Assembly (NCBI GenBank): GCA_046582655.1
Contig: JAYGDX010000398.1
Span: 1 to 17,930 of the forward strand
Source of the DNA: Candidatus Poribacteria bacterium
Lineage (GTDB): Bacteria > Poribacteria > WGA-4E > UBA9662
Reading direction: 5' to 3'
Length of the DNA stretch: 17,930 nucleotides
The translations under genes and the position numbers were made by a program. This document shows, piece by piece, positions 17,221 to 17,930 of this stretch (positions are counted from its first letter, which is position 1; each line of letters starts with the position of its first letter). Under the pieces are notes generated by a model. It did no database searches, was not told the origin of the DNA, and saw only the letters and a list, made by a program, of their open reading frames with translations.

Positions 17221-17459
17221 GTGTATGTAGCGCCACGGCGGTACATACATTACGTCGGATAATTTTCCAGCGCAAAAGAACAGCTTCCAAGACAGCGTAG
17301 CACTGCATTCCTTCCAGCCAGAGCCTAAAACTAAAGCTGCGCAACCCATCCACGCTGGTCTGAACTAGACTTCAAGCTGGCGTGGGTGGGTTTGTTTTGC
17401 CTGTGCTACAGTCTTAGATCGACCTGTCTCTTTACCCGATGTTGTGATTATGTTAATAT
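17221..17459 (+). repeat. Modular intergenic repeat copy R6 (apex A + B1 + 22-bp hairpin + promoter-like end)
   Basis: The 5' half aligns with R2 and R1, the 3' half with R4 and R5. Hairpin 17343-17392; TTTACC(17431)-17-TAATAT(17454) with TG extension. Confidence 0.92.
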
Positions 17460-17553
17460 ATTTCACACCGATGCTGACGGTTTTCCTTCAATAATGTAGA
17501 GACAAAACTCAATAGTCCATTTAGGTAAATAATTGTTTGGAGATAAACTTATT

Positions 17554-17930
17554 ATGAAGCTTCTTTATCTTGTACTTCCTCTTCTGTCAGTGTTAATGTC
17601 AACTGTATTTTCGGAAACAATATCCGATTCATCAGACAAAAAAATCATGCTTAGTTCAAAAAAAATGACTAAAGATTATCCATTAAAAGTAATGAGTTTT
17701 AATATCCGTTTTAACAATCCCAACGATGGGTTTAACGCTTGGCCCCATAGGAAGAAAATGGTACAAAGTATGATTCTTTTCCATCAAGCTGATCTAATTG
17801 GTGTTCAAGAGTCACTCAATGAGCAGATGGACGATTTATCTATTCTGCTTCCTGACCACCGCTCAGTTGGTGTTGGACGTGACGATGGTGCAAAAAAAGG
17901 CGAGTATTGTGGTATTTTCTACAATTTTAA
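17554..17930 (+). CDS. Secreted endonuclease/exonuclease/phosphatase (EEP) family protein, N-terminus (runs off the window)
   Basis: Not in the ORF track. GGAG RBS, signal peptide MKLLYLVLPLLSVLMSTVFS, then LKVMSFNIRF..PNDG.NAWPHRK...DLIGVQE...Q...GVGRDDG..KGEYCGIFY. Confidence 0.92.
   Translation, partial: MKLLYLVLPLLSVLMSTVFSETISDSSDKKIMLSSKKMTKDYPLKVMSFNIRFNNPNDGFNAWPHRKKMVQSMILFHQADLIGVQESLNEQMDDLSILLPDHRSVGVGRDDGAKKGEYCGIFYNF

Noticed and set aside
16495..17353. ORFs 16495..16737 (+) and 17150..17353 (-), and similarly 2745..2951 (+)
   Set aside because: They are read-throughs of the non-coding repeat family with no protein-like features.
2663..17459. CRISPR array or integron attC array
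   Set aside because: Copies are kilobases apart, long and mosaic, lack RYYYAAC/GTTRRRY core ends, and no cas or integrase gene is present in the window.

Overview
Bacterial accessory region, most likely from Candidatus Poribacteria (inferred from a C-terminal 'V..GKLATIWGRIK' tail, a 'LLANY..P.NPE.WIPY..RKMMILK' FlgD-Ig-like domain remnant, LamG proteins, and sulfatase/PhyH content). Intact genes: a LamG protein (cut by the left window edge), a DIP1984-family protein, a DUF5990 protein, an Ldh_2 oxidoreductase, a secreted beta-sandwich protein, a sulfatase, a PhyH dioxygenase, a divergent GH32, an MFS transporter and an EEP hydrolase (cut by the right edge). These alternate with many broken genes (Gfo/Idh/MocA, DUF6785, TIR, PhyH, HEAT, FlgD-Ig, a three-piece secreted protein) and IS4-, IS1380- and IS30-like remnants. 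Two non-coding signals stand out. (1) A ~215-nt structured RNA candidate with a canonical tRNA T-arm begins right after the DIP1984 stop codon. (2) Six co-oriented copies of a modular intergenic repeat share a GCCACGGCGGT apex, a 22-bp hairpin whose variants are almost all G-U on the + strand, and an outward-facing promoter; the copies sit at junctions with truncated genes. All calls were made by eye; no searches were run.
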